A stretch of DNA of 64,000 nucleotides from Heteronotia binoei (GCF_032191835.1 NC_083224.1:157728001-157792000), one strand, 5' to 3'; positions 12,829 to 25,549 are shown, counted from the first letter of the stretch. Numbers and translations are program-made. The notes: generated by a model not told the origin, from the letters alone.

Positions 12829-13150
12829 CATTTCTCAGAATTCTGGACACATCTCTGCAGGATACTTTGCTAGCACCAACCCCTCAGTACTGCCATCACA
12901 AGAAACTGGACTGCTTATATAATCTCTGCATATGGTGGCCTATTTAGTATATTAAAGAGTGGCTGGCCTATATAAGTAAAAGGAGGAAAGAAAAGAATGC
13001 TTTCTTCTTTTTCTCCCGTCTATTCATGAACATAATTTATTTAAAATATTTCTGTCCTATCTAATCACATTAATGTTGAATCACATTAATGTTGAGGGGT
13101 TGGTGCTAGCAAAGTATCCTGCAGAGATGTGTCCAGAATTCTGAGAAATG
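12829..13150. repeat. 58-bp perfect inverted duplication
   Basis: 13093-13150 is the exact reverse complement of 12829-12886, and is abutted by a 16-bp tandem duplication at 13063-13094. Confidence 0.95.
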
Positions 13151-13356
13151 CACAATGCAGCAAACCAAGCTGTGAGGACACAAATAGCTGTTCAGTTAAC
13201 AAATCTGAAACAAATTAATACACAAATTACAAAAACATTCAAATAATAATACTGATCTATCAGGGTTTTGGAAAATTATTTCTGTGGCTATGCATCTGAG
13301 GTCTAACCATCATGCATCCCTGCCTCTTAGTGGATGACATATGATGAGTTGTTTTG

Positions 13357-13570
13357 GCCCTGATCTGGATAGCTCAGGTAAATCCAATCTCATCAGATAT
13401 TGGAAGCTAAGAAGGGTCAACTCTGGCAAGTCCTTGGATGGAAGACCTCATTGGAATACCAGGAGTCAGGAGGCAGGGGCAGGCTTTATTCAGCTACCCC
13501 CCTGAATACTCTCCAGCCCCCAGTAGGGGTCAGTCACCAGAGGTTGCCATGGCTTCCAGATGTGCACACA
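13357..13570 (+). mobile_element. 5S rRNA-derived SINE (different tail)
   Basis: tctcatcagatattggaagctaagaagggtc...ttggatggaagacc...ggaataccagg 5S-like head, ending ttccagatgtgcacaca. Confidence 0.7.
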
Positions 13571-13689
13571 CACTCTCTCACACATGCACACACAAATACA
13601 ACAAATACCAACAAAAATAAAAATTAAAAAGGAGTTATTTTGCTCTAGTCCCTCCTGTAATACTGTGGTAGTAGGTACAAGCTCAGATC

Positions 13690-14310
13690 GGGTCCCTGGT
13701 GGGGTAGCATATTGGCACCAGTTTTTTCTCTGATAAATTTGACTAGTGAAATCTCCCCCGTTTGGAAGCATCCTATAATCATTCCAATTTTCAAAAAGGA
13801 TAATAGGTCTGACTTTGCCTTTTACCATCTGTTGGGAATCAGGCGTTTATCATCTGTTGGGGAATTGTATTCCCTTCTCTATCAAAGGTTAATGGAATAG
13901 ATTGAGACCAATAATATTTTGGTATGGGGACAAATTGGTTTCAGGAGAGGATTCTCCACCACTGACCACTGCTTAATTCTTCTCCACTTAGCAGAAAAGT
14001 ACACAGCTATGCCAAAAGGGAAGTTGTATGTGGCTTTTATGGACCTCAAGCATGCGTTTCATTCAGTCAGCCAGACACAGCTATTGAAGAAACCAGAAGA
14101 CTCATCAATTGATAAAAGACTACTCTGGTTAATCAAGATATTATACACTAATGTTACTGCTCAGGTTCAACGTGTTGATAGACAAGGCTGTTGCTTGCTC
14201 CTCTTCTTTCAAATTTATATTTAAATGGTCTGATGTTGAGCCTCTCATCCCTGGAAGTTTCATGCCCCAAGATTAGCTTCAAAAGAATTACCACTGCTGC
14301 TTTATGCCGC
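13690..14310 (+). mobile_element. LINE reverse-transcriptase fragment (decayed)
   Basis: WKHPIIIPIFKK and QIGFRRGFSTTDH...YVAFMDLKHAFHSV (RT domains 0-3), interrupted by stops. Confidence 0.85.
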
Positions 14311-15143
14311 CAAACAACAACACATCATTAATACAATAAAAACCAAACTTAAATACACATACAAAAACATTAAAAGAAAACTTAAACACAGAGCAAGAAG
14401 GAGGGATCATATAACAAAATTTGTTTTGATCTTCCTTTTTTATATGTTTTGGCATACCAAACATGGCAGGTATCTACATTAACTATATTAAAATGCACTT
14501 TCTACATAGCAGAACCTTCCTGTTACCTTCTGATCTGAGCTGTAGTACCATAGCTATACTTCAGCTGTAACAGTATAGGAAAAAACACTGCATATTCTGA
14601 AGACAATTCTTATGCACAATGTACTTTTCTAAAATAAATTGTTATATTTAGAGCACACTGTGTGTGGCAACACTTAATTACAAGACACAAATAACTACTT
14701 TCCAAGAACAAAAAAGATTGCTTTAGAGATGCAAAAGATTTTCAAGAACATAAGCATTTAACCACACAGTACAAGAGTCCAATATCATTGACATGATCAA
14801 TTGCAAACTGGTCCCCAGTGTTCTTCCTGTTTCAATGCAAATCTTCTACTGTTCATATAATGAGTGTATTGACGGTGCCTGTATCATCAAGGACTACAGT
14901 CAGCTAAAACAATTAGAGGAAACATATAAAATGTGTCAAGGTCTGTAGATCCAAATTTCAAATAGGAGAATCACTTCTCTATAATATAACAGAGGAACAT
15001 GAGGAAGAGACATAGTGGAGACACAGTGGTGCACAAGGCACAGAGATTCCCGCCCCCCCAATAGGCTTGCCAATAGGCTCCTCCAATAGGCATGCCTTTA
15101 CATCTCAGCAGGCTTAGAAGCAGCTTGCTTGTGTTTTGGAAGG

Positions 15144-15292
15144 TGTTGCGTCTGGCATTTGTCCCAGAAAGGAAGGCACAGCACACCTGTGGGCGGTGCC
15201 TGGAAGGGACTAACACAGCCCGCCTATGACGATCAGTGGTGGGAAGTTTAACTGGCCAGGATTGGACCTGACCAGGAAGAAGGTTGTTCCAG
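15144..15292 (+). mobile_element. Left part of an older related LTR, split by the Gypsy insertion
   Basis: Starts tgttgcgtctggcattt (compare LTR start tgttgtgtcttgcattt) and contains gggaagtttaactggccaggattggacctg, breaking at gttgttccag. Confidence 0.85.
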
Positions 15293-15569
15293 TGTTGTGT
15301 CTTGCATTTCAGTCCTGAAGTTACAACGCAGCGAACGCTACAGACGTGACCAGTGGGAGTCCACTGGTCCCCAGACGTAGCTCGCAAATACACTCCGCCA
15401 ATCAAGATCTGGGCGGGAAGTTTAACTGGCCAGGATTGGACCTGGCCAAGCTGAGGGTTGTTCCGGGATATGTATATAATCGGGACCCGGCCCGCGTTTC
15501 CCTCTCTTGTGATGTACTCGCTAATAAAGTATGTTGCCTTCAAAACGTCTAATCACTCAGTACATTACA
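15293..15569 (+). repeat. Gypsy 5' LTR
   Basis: TGT...ACA termini, TATA-like tgtatataat, AATAAA; direct repeat of 19725-20002. Confidence 0.95.
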
Positions 15570-15570
15570 T

Positions 15571-15588
15571 TGGCGACGAGGATGGGAT
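15571..15588 (+). other. Primer-binding site, tRNA-Ser(GCU)
   Basis: TGGCGACGAGGATGGGAT is complementary to the vertebrate tRNA-Ser(GCU) 3' end (...ATCCCATCCTCGTCGCCA, recalled). Confidence 0.85.
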
Positions 15589-15685
15589 ACTAGCCAGGTA
15601 ACTCCCCAAGTGGGACTTCGCTGACCTGGCCGGAGACGAGGAAGGCACGCAGTCGAGGGAGACTGAAGCGCCCGCTGCCGCCACC

Positions 15686-18600
15686 ATGGCTAACCCAAGT
15701 GGGATGACAGGCCACCTTGCTGAGTTCGACCCCGCCAACCCCGATAGGTGGCAGATCTACACGGAGCGGGTCGACTGCTACCTATGAGCGAACGTGATTA
15801 CAGACGACAGCCGTAAGAGAGACGTGCTCCTGAGTGTCTGCGGAGAGGCCACATTTGAGATCGCAAAGGTTCTCTTGGCCCCCACGAGAAAACATACGAA
15901 GAGGTAGTCAGACTCCTGACTGGGCATTTCTTGCCCCAGCCATCCATCATTGCCCGCCAATTTCTCTTCCACAAGAGGGATCAAGGGGCAGGAGAGACGG
16001 CCACCATCTACCTGGCTGCCCTCCGCCAAATTGCAGGGAACTGCAGCTTCAACAAGCTGGAGGAAGCCCTGAGAGATCAATTCGTCTGGGGTCTCCGAGA
16101 TGAAAGACTGCAGCAAAAGCTCTTTGCAAAGGAGGAGCTCACCCTCCAACTCACCTTCAACGAAGCCACCACGTTCGAGAGAGCAACTAAAGCTTACCAC
16201 AACCCGCGAGCTGAAGCCGTCCACCAGGAGGAGATGGCGCCTGGCAACCCAGAGGAGGAGGAGGCACACCAGCTCCATCGCCAACCAGGAATGGGGCCAA
16301 GAGTGCCCACTCGGCCACGAGCGACAGAGAGACCAGCTAACACCAAGTGCGCCAGCTGTGGAGATCCACACGAGCAGTGGGATTGCCCCTATCGCAACGT
16401 GGACTGCAGGAACTGTGGAAGAGTGGGCCACATAGCACAGGCTTGCCGGGTCAAGGCAAACTGCAGACGCCAGTCCACCCACTACGACTCGACCGATGCC
16501 TACTCAACCGCATCAACTAGCCTGCAGGTAATGAACTTGCCCCTCACCACCCCTGATAAGGTCAGGGTGTTGGTCAAAATAGAGACCGCTCCATGCCTAA
16601 TGGAGCTGGACTCGCGCTCCTCCATCTCCATAATTTCGGAGGAGTCTCTAAGGAAACTTTGCCCCCGTGGCCGGCCCCAGCTGTGACTGGCTGATTTCAT
16701 ACTGCGGGACTTCCAGAAAAACCCCGTACAGATTTTGGGTTGGGCCACTGTAAGGGTAGAGTTTAAGAACTTTAAGGGCACGCTGGACATACTCGTGGTC
16801 AAGCGCCAGCTCACCACATTACTGGGGCTGGCCTGATTTCGACCGCTGGACATTCAAATAGTGGGGGTGCAGCAGATGCAAACACAAAATTTCGAGCACG
16901 TGTGCCGGGAATTCCCAGAAGTGTTTGATGGGTCCTTGGGGTGCTACAAGGGGCCTCCCATCACCTTACCCCTCGATCCCCACGTGAGACCGATAAGGCT
17001 GAAGGCCAGGCAAGTTCGTTTGCTCTTAAACCAAACATAGAAGCGGAGCTGGACCGCCTCATGGCCCAGGGGGTGCTAGAACCGGTATCCTACGCTGCAT
17101 GGGAAACACCCATAGTCACTCCAGTGAAGCCAAATGGAGATGTGCACATATGCGCTGACTATAAGTGCACAATAAATAAAGCGCTCCAGGACAATCCATA
17201 CCCTGTTCCGGTGGTCAGCCACGTACTGGCAGCCCTAGCAAGCTCTAAGGTTTTTGGGAAACTGGACCTGGCCCAGGCATACCAGCAACTCTCAGTGGAC
17301 GCCGAGACAGCAGAGGCTCAGACCATTGTGACTCACAGGGGAGCTTTTCGGGTGCGGCGGCTGCAATTTGGGGTTAGTGTGGCTCCGGGGATCTTTCAGA
17401 GCATAATGGACTCTCTTCTCAAAGAGATCCCTGGAGTGCAACTGTTTTTTGATGACGTTTTGATCGCCACTCCGGACGCTAAGGAGTTCAGCAGCCATCT
17501 GCGAGAGGTACTCCGCCGCTTCCAGACAGTGGGACTTAGTGAAGCGGGAGAAGTGTTCCCTCGGGGTGTCGAGGGTAGAGTTCTTGGGGTTTGCTGTAGA
17601 TGCTGTGGGAATCCACCCGACGGCTGACAAGACCAGGGCAATAGTCCATGCCCCAGCCCCCACGTGCAAGGCGGAGTTACAAAGTTTCTTGGGCTTATTA
17701 AATTTTTATCATTAATTTTTGCCTCACAAAGTGGCCATCGCAGAACCCCTTCATAGGCTCCTCAATAAACACGCCCCGTGGGTCTGGGAAAAGAAGCAGG
17801 CCGCTGCTTTTCAGGCAGTCAAGGACCTCCTAGTTTCCATTGATGTGCTCCACTATTTTGATGAATCCCTACCAGTGATTCTAGCTTGTGATGCTTCCCC
17901 GTACGGGGTGGGTGCCGTTCTGGGGCACCAACTCCCGGACGGGAGGGAGGTTCCCGTGACCTATTATTTGAGGACCCTGACCCCCGCGGAACGCAACTAT
18001 GGCCGGATAGACAAGGAGGCCTTGGCAATCGTGGCGGGTGTGCATAAATTCAACGACTATCTGTACGGTAGGTGTTTCACGATTGCCACGGACCACAAGC
18101 CGCTACTGGGCCTCCTTGCCCCAGACCGCCAGACACCACAAATTCTGTCACAGCGCGTCCTGCGGTGGAACCAGTTCCTCAACTCGTACACATATGCCCT
18201 GGTCCACTGCCCTGGCAAAGCTATGGGACAAGCTGGCGCCCTCAGCCGCCTGCCGCTGCCCTCTATGGACCCGGATCCCACCCCTGCCCACCATGTGATG
18301 CTTTTAGAGACACTACCTGAGAGGCCCCTCCACGCCACTGAGGTAGCTAGGGCCACGGATAGAGACTGCATCCTTGCATGCGTTTTAGACTGGGTGGGAA
18401 GGGGGTGGCCCACGGGCAAACTGGATGCAGAATTCAGGGCATTCGCATCACACAAAGATGAACTGTCCATACACAAGGGGTGCATTCTCTGGGGTAGCAG
18501 GGTGGTGGTCCCCCCCCCCATTGCGGAAGCAAGTGCTGGAAGCCTTACACGAAACATACCCGGGGATAGTGCGTATGAAGGCCCTGGCACGTAGCTATGT

Positions 18601-19705
18601 ATGGTGGCCGGGGATGGATGAGGAGATAGAAGGGTGGGTTAGAAGGTGCCAACCCTGCCAAGAGTCCCGGCCTGATCCGCCCAGTGCCCCTGTCCACCAC
18701 TGGGAGTCCAACAGGAGGCCGTGGTCCCGGTTACACCTAGACTTTGCGGGGCCATACCAGGGCCAAATATTCTTTATTCTAGTCGACGCATACACCAAGT
18801 GGTTGGAGGTGATTCCCGTAGCTTCAACCTCCACTGTGGCGGCGGTCAGAGCCTTGTGAAGGATCTTTTGCACTCATGGGATTCCCGAGACCCTCATCAC
18901 GGACAATGGTACCGCTTTCACCTCCCGGGAATTCCAGGAGTTCATGAATAGGTACCTCATCTAGCACATTCGGTCCTCCCCTTTCCATCCAGCCACCAAT
19001 GGCCAAGCAGAGTGCATGGTGTACACCACTAAAGAGGCCCTGGGTCGCATTGTACAGGGAGATTGGGACCACCGCCTGGCAGCCTTCCTATTTGGGAACA
19101 GAATCACCCCCAACCCTGTCACCGGGTTAAGTCCTGCTAAGTTGCTAATGGGGAGGAAGTTGATCATTAGGCTAGACAGGTTGCATCCTGACCGGGTTAT
19201 GGACCTCCGCAGTTCCCCCGAAACCAGGGAAGCCGCTAGCGTATTCTTTCCAGGGGATCTGGTATACGCAAAGAACTTTGCAAGTGGGTTGGAGTGGGTA
19301 GCCGCCCGGGTGCTGCGGGTCACTGGATCCCGCTCCTATGAGGTCTCGTCAGAGGGGGGCCAGATCCTAAGGAGGCATATTGACCAGCTGCGCTGCTGCA
19401 CCTTGCCGGAAGAACCGACAGCGATCGGGGGAGCAGGGGAGAACTAACAGCAACACCCCCGGGAGCTACCCAGCCTATGCTGGCCGCACCGACTATGCAG
19501 GCGGAAGAGCACCACAGTGGAGGGAGCAACCCCCCTGAGAGGAGGTTCCAGAACAGCAACAAGTGGCAGACAGCCCTCTTCCAGTGTCACCCTACCACGA
19601 GGAACCAGCAGCCCTGCCAGCCACGGCGGCCGCCCCAACTCCCCAAATATCCCCGAGGAGGTCGACCAGGGAATGCAGGGCACCAGCCTACTTGACTTTG
19701 TGTCT
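15686..19705 (+). pseudogene. Disrupted gag-pol of the Gypsy element
   Basis: ATG in perfect Kozak GCCGCCACCATGG; Zn knuckle CRNCGRVGHIAQAC; protease MELDSRSSISI; RT KLDLAQAYQQL and FFDDVLI; RNase H LACDASPYGVGAVL; integrase HETYPG...CQPC and PWSRLHLDFAGP. Confidence 0.95.
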
Positions 19706-19711
19706 TAAACT

Positions 19712-19724
19712 AAGGGGGGAGGAG
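19712..19724 (+). other. Polypurine tract
   Basis: AAGGGGGGAGGAG directly abuts the 3' LTR. Confidence 0.9.
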
Positions 19725-20002
19725 TGTTGTGTCTTGCATTTCAGTCCTGAAGTTACAACGCAGCAAATGCTACAGAGGTGACCAGTGGGAGTCCACTGGT
19801 CCCCGGACGTAGCTCACAAATATGCTCCACCAATCAAGATCTGTGGCAGGAAGTTTAACTGGCCAGGATTGGACCTGGCCAGGCTGAGGGTTGTTCCGGG
19901 GTATGTATATAATCGGGACCTAGCCCGCGTTTCCCTCTCTTGTGATGTACTTGCTAATAAAGCATGTTGCCTTCAAAACATCTCGTCACTCAGTACATTA
20001 CA
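19725..20002 (+). repeat. Gypsy 3' LTR
   Basis: About 18 substitutions and 1 indel versus the 5' LTR (manual count). Confidence 0.95.
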
Positions 20003-20111
20003 TCCGGGAAATGTATATAACAGGGGACCCGGCCCCACCATGTTGTCTTTGTGATGTACTCGCTAATAAAGCATGTTGCCATCTGAACATCTCCGACCTC
20101 AGTACATTACA
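20003..20111 (+). mobile_element. Right part of the older host LTR
   Basis: tccgggaaatgtatataac...gtgatgtactcgctaataaagcatgttgcc...cagtacattaca continues exactly where 15144-15292 breaks off. Confidence 0.9.
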
Positions 20112-23100
20112 GGTGTGTGTGCCTTTAAATCTCAGTAGGAGGAAAGGTGGGGGGGGGGCAGCAAGCAGAGTCATGTGGCTTTTCCGACTGAGTGTGTGAA
20201 GCTGTAAGAAAATGAGAGCACAGTCCCTCTGTTTGTTTTGCATTCATTTCAGAAGTCATTTGCATAGTAAAACAGAATTAACTAGAACTTGATTATGGGA
20301 TGGAGGAAGACTCCACTCCCTAGCCTGCTCTCCTTTCATTTTCCTGTTAGTCTGAGGAAGTTGGCTAAAATACAGCAGATGGTTACACTCAGCAACTCCC
20401 AATTACCCCAGTAAAATTACAAAAGTATGTGCTTGCAAACTGTTTATTTTGGCTGCTTTGTGTGTGTATGTGTTCACTTTCATTTAGTAGAAGTGCAGCT
20501 GTTGGAGATGAGGTCAGCCAGCACTACAGCAGAAGTAGGGAACAAGCTGACAGTGCTGTGGCTTTAAGCCCTAGCAGGCCAGAAACCAAAGCCATGCTTC
20601 TGCTAGCCAATGGCAGCCTCATAGGGTTAGGCCAGCAAGGATCCCAGAGAAAAGTTGGCCACAAAGGGGCACAGACCATTCCCAAAACTTTCCAGGGACT
20701 GGAGGCAGCACCCAAGATTGGTGGTTTCCCCACAAACCAGGGGAAGGGACTTACAGAAACTGTAAAAAGTACAGCTCCAGTCCAACCCAGAACCAAGGAT
20801 AAGTAGCTGGCTTACTTTTTTTCTCTCAACTGAGCTAGCTCTGAAAGAAGGGCAGGAGAGTCCTAACAGAAAGAGGTTAACCAGGATGATGATTTAACTC
20901 CCTCTGCAGGGGTGAAAAGTGAACTTAGTATTCCCTTCAGTGGCCTCATCTCCAAGGAGGTAAATGTGCAACAGCTTAACTCAACAACACACCAGCCACA
21001 CATTATAGGGCAGTCATCCCTTAGTGCCACTAACATTGCCCCAATCCTTTCAGCAGACAAATCTAGGATGACAATATGCAAATGAGGGCAACACTCCTGT
21101 GCGTTTATGTGTACATATAACAGGAAATTTGGATAGGTAATTATTGTCATGCTGCATCTGCTGGACCTTCTGAAATAACACATTTGTTAGAGATGCAGTT
21201 CAACCTTGCATCTGTTCACTCTAGAACAAATATATGCCCTTAATGCTAACATATCAGAGATTTTTAGGGATGCCAACGCTGTAAATAAAATTTGTCCTAC
21301 CTCTTTAATAGAAGCTGAATTGGATATTATTTACCAGGCTACATTATTTATCTCCAAGTCATAAAAAGCTTAAGTTGCCAATTTCCACACATTAAACCTC
21401 TATGAAACGGACAGGATACTTTTCTCCAGCCCTGTTGGCAACCCCAACTAAGCATCTGCTTTACCTTGTCCTGATCTTTGGTGCCTGCTGCTGAACACCT
21501 TGTGTCCTTTCTTCCTTTTTTGCCAGGTAGCGAATGAGAGACTGATTTACTGAACTCTTGTTTAATATATATCAGAAAATCAGATGCACACAAATAACCA
21601 GGTAAAGTTTTGCATCATGGAGATGAACATGGATGTCTGTTAATACTATAAATCTTGATCTTGTTAGAGGCACAGTTACAGTGGCTGGTTAAAAAAGATG
21701 TCAATCCCACTGGAGCAAAGGGAATGAGAGGTTACATAGCATCTCTACAATCCAAGTTGCATTTTGTTTCGTTCAAGGAATATGTTTGGTGGCCAACAAA
21801 GTTTTGTCTATTAATGAAAAACATTAAGCAGGAGTGTATGTATTTTAGGAAGAGTACTATAAATATAACCGTGTAGGGGTGGTACTGAGGATGATGGTAA
21901 ATGTGTGATTCCCATGTTAAAGGGACAGCATTACTAATTTCATAATATGTTTATAGCAGAAACAGTAGAAGAAGGTGTTGTGTGTCTAATACCAGATCAT
22001 TACATTGTATACAAGTGTAATAAAATTATTGTTAATTTATAGCTTATGTGTTATTCATTCCTCTTATCCTTTTTCTGAGCAATAAAATGAAGACAATAAG
22101 CTGACGCTGAAGGCACAAGAGCAGGGATATTTGTTTTCCTTAGTCAGATGGCAATCCTATTTGCAAAGCCTCACTGCTTACCACAAGCGAAAGCATGTGA
22201 GAACTGTGTCTTTCCAATGCCTCCTGCAGTGGTTGTGTGTTTGACAGCTTTCTATAGTTTTCCAGAGTTTTATGCACTTACCCATCAATAGATTTATAGC
22301 TCCTTTTCTAAGAAAGTGCAGCCCTGTTGAATATATTTTATTAGCAGCTTTGAAAGGAAAAGGCAACTCGGCCACATTTTACAACATACAAGGTACATCA
22401 CTTCAAAATGTTATTCACAAGTTCTGTTCTAGGGGCCAAGTGTCTACCTATAAATCAAATTTATCCTACTGGCTCCAGAAAAATTAAATGAGCCAAGTGC
22501 TCTGTAGAGTTCTATTGTTTTTAATATACTACTTTTTAATTTAATTATTTCTATTACTTGAAATCCAGCATCCCTCTTGTTGAGGGACTAGGAGAAAAGA
22601 AATTGTAACTGTGGGCTAGTCACTATCAGGCTAACCATGTTCACAGGATGACTGTGAGATGAAAAGGGGGGCATGTAGACAGCCCCAAGCTCCTTGCAGA
22701 AAGAGCAGGATATTGAAAAGAGGAATGGAATGTGTGAGGGAAAATATGGTGCACACAGAGAAAATGAATTATTAATATTCTATGGTAATACACAGTCAAA
22801 CGAGTTGTTTTTATATGGTGTTTGGGTTAGGTCATCTGGATGTTGCAAGATGGAGCCCAGAGTGAATCTTTGCCAGGGAATCCTAGGTGGCTGTTGAGGG
22901 CCCTGGCTATATCTTTGAAGTTATGCAGTTCGAACTTACTTGCAATGATTCTGCAAACACTCTAGAGGGAGACGTAACTTTAGGCTATAAACCAAGCATC
23001 AACTTTAACTTTTTTTTTCTTTAAGTCATAGAGATACTTCTATTTTATGCATGCCAAAAGAAAATTTTAGTCTATTCTAAACCGCCTATGGCTGTTTAAA

Positions 23101-23424
23101 AGCTCAGTTGTTTTCAAATATATTCTGAAGGCTTGTATCAAATGAGGAAGAGTCTTAAATTTGCTTTCTTTTCTTCTTCTTTTCTTCTTTTTCTTTTTTG
23201 AGAACTGGGTTTAAAGCTTTACCACTTATCTACTATCACCTCTTCCTGTGTGACAGCTAGGCCTTGGTCCACTACACATGAAGCCCAGATCCTCAGCTCT
23301 TTATTTGCTCCATCACATGTTATGATTTCCTGTCTCAGTCTGATCTAGCCTCAATGGTTTGTGTGTTAGTTACATTTCTACTGGACTACTTCTACTGGAC
23401 TACTGCAATGTTTTCTACTTGAAG

Positions 23425-23634
23425 AGTGTTTGGAAGTTGCAGCTAGTGTAGAATGCTGCAACTAGACTGCTGGTCGAAGCCAGTTACCAGGAGCTTATAT
23501 GACCCAAATACTAAAGCAATTACACTGGCAAGCAATCTGCTCCGAAGCCCAATTTAAGATGTTATTTTTGTTCTTTAAAGTCCTACATGACTTGGGGCTG
23601 GGGTATCTATCTGAAGGACCATCTTTCTCCTATA
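23425..23634 (+). mobile_element. Old L2 LINE fragment
   Basis: Degenerate KLQLV.NAATRLL and tacactggc..aatttaagatgttatttttgttctttaaagtcc (HW...FK.L) motifs. Confidence 0.6.
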
Positions 23635-23790
23635 CATGGCTCTTTTTTTTGTAGCAGGAACACCTTTGCATATTAAGTTACACCCCCTGATGTAGGCAAT
23701 CTTCCAAGAGCTTACAGGACTCTTAGTACAGGACCTACTGTAAGCTCCAAGAGGATTGGCTACATCAGGGGTCTGTGGCCTTTTTGGTGT
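23635..23790. mobile_element. Partial hAT MITE related to the octamer family
   Basis: catggctcttttttttgtagcagg start, tttgcatattaagttacaccccctgatgt, and internally palindromic body. Confidence 0.55.
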
Positions 23791-24284
23791 CAGCCCCACA
23801 ATTCTGGGCCAAGCCAAAAATTATTCAGTCATCAGCCACATCAGTCCAAAGTTCCTAGCTTTCTCTAATTTTCACACTTAATAGCAGGAACACTATAGTT
23901 AATACATTCCTTGTCAGCAAAGCAGGTGTTCCTGAATAATTTTTGGCCCTACTGGACCCAGAAAATTGCACACATTATACAAGACTGGTCCCAAGAAGAA
24001 GGATCTGAGATCCGAAATGGCTTGCAAAGTGGGCCGGTTCTCCGTTGGACCTTTTTCTTAAACATTGCACTAAATGTAATATAGTGGTTTTGAGCCACAT
24101 AAGGACAGTAGGAGCACTGTGGAACTTATGAGGTTTTAACTTTGTGCATGACTGAGATGCTGTGTACTGCTGATGCTCTTTTTGTGTTTTGACATTTATT
24201 ATTCATAACAAGTTAGAATTGTGTTTTTACATGGAGAGTTTTTTCTTTGTTGTGGCTTAGTTTCTCCTCCATGGCGCTGTCTAT

Positions 24285-24547
24285 ACTGTGCAATTGAGAA
24301 AGCCTTGCAAAGCAAGCTCTGCCTTCTCCCTCTTCCTCCCCAAGGGAGGAGCCTCAGCCAATGGAGAAAACAGAGACTTTGCTCCGTAGCTCCTGTGTGA
24401 TTGAGCAAGCCTTGCAAAGCAAGCTCCTATGCAGAAGGAAGCAAGAGATAGGAAGAAGGAAGCAGATGACAGCCAGTTGCTCAGGAGTCTGATAGGAGCC
24501 CTCCAGGGGCCTGATTTGGCCCCCAGGCTGCATGTTTGACACCCCTG
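24285..24547 (-). mobile_element. Partial hAT MITE (CAGGGGTGTCAAAC family)
   Basis: Ends gtttgacacccctg; reverse complement of the 5' part of the 31894 element. Confidence 0.7.
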
Positions 24548-25549
24548 GCTTAGAATGTTATAGACCTCTACAGAGTTACTATTACTTTGCAGCTCCCTTC
24601 AACTGCCCAGGCCAGCACATGGCACAGTTAAAAATTCTGTCTGCTCTGATGGACTCAGCACAAAAAGAGACCTTCCTCCTTGCTCCCCAGAGTTTTATCA
24701 CCTCTCTACACCCTGCCCACTGACCAGGTCTGGCCAGGTTCCTTCCTAAAGTCTCTCTAGTCTTCAGTTCCTCCAAATCTCTATTCCCTGCTTGGGGAGG
24801 AGGAAGAGGGAGCATGGACTGTCTTTAGCTTTCTTAAGCAGTAGCTGATGTGAGTCTGGAAAGCCATTGAATTGTCCCAACCTGTTCTCTGCCCAGAGAT
24901 AAAAACTTTCAAAACTCCTGATAAAGGTTTTACTCAGGTCAGACCCATTTCTTCACAGTAGATAATTATTTGGAACTAGTGAAATGCTAGTAAGTATTAT
25001 GCTTTTGTACATGTGTGTGAAGGAGGGTGTGTACATTTTCAAGGTACCCCAGAGTGCAGCCCCCTGCTGAAGTTTTGGCACTAAAGATCAAGTTCTTACT
25101 CTTGGGAGGGAGCACAGGTTCTACCTTCCTTGTAGCAATACCATAAAGTGCAGCGCAATCAAGGCCAGCCCTGCTGACTAGGCAAACAAGGCAATTGCCT
25201 AGGGCGCCGGCCTTCTGAGGGCACCAAATTGGTGGGCCAGGGCTCTGGCTGGTGACAGGAGCCCACTCTGCAGGCAGCTTGCCAGGCAGCCCCTTTGTGG
25301 GCACACACAGTTGTGAGGACGGTGGGCAGGAGGAGCGCTGCATGTAGGTGGGAAACGCCACCACCGTCAGCTAAGCAGAGCCCAGGTGCTATAAGGCAGC
25401 TGGCTGTGCCATTGACTGCACTGTTGGCTCACAGGGCTGGACAGCTGCTGCAGCCCTGGCACTCCTCGGGCAGGTGGCAGTGGCTGAACTCATAGCCCTC
25501 CATCTCCTCCTCGTCCTCTATTCCCTGCTCAGCAGCAGTGCTGGCTCTG

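Larger units (their letters stand above)
15293..20002 (+). mobile_element. Full-length decayed Ty3/Gypsy LTR retrotransposon (Mag-like)
   Basis: Paired LTRs of about 277 bp, PBS, PPT, 5-bp TSD TCCAG/TCCGG; domain order gag-PR-RT-RH-INT; multiple stops and frameshifts. Confidence 0.97.

Noticed and set aside
10715-13570. 5S rRNA genes
   Set aside because: The matches are partial, diverged and fused to SINE tails, so they are SINE3 copies.
14971-18590. Long minus-strand ORFs (190, 234, 177 aa) as novel genes
   Set aside because: They are antisense shadows of the GC-rich Gypsy LTR and gag-pol, with no domain motifs.
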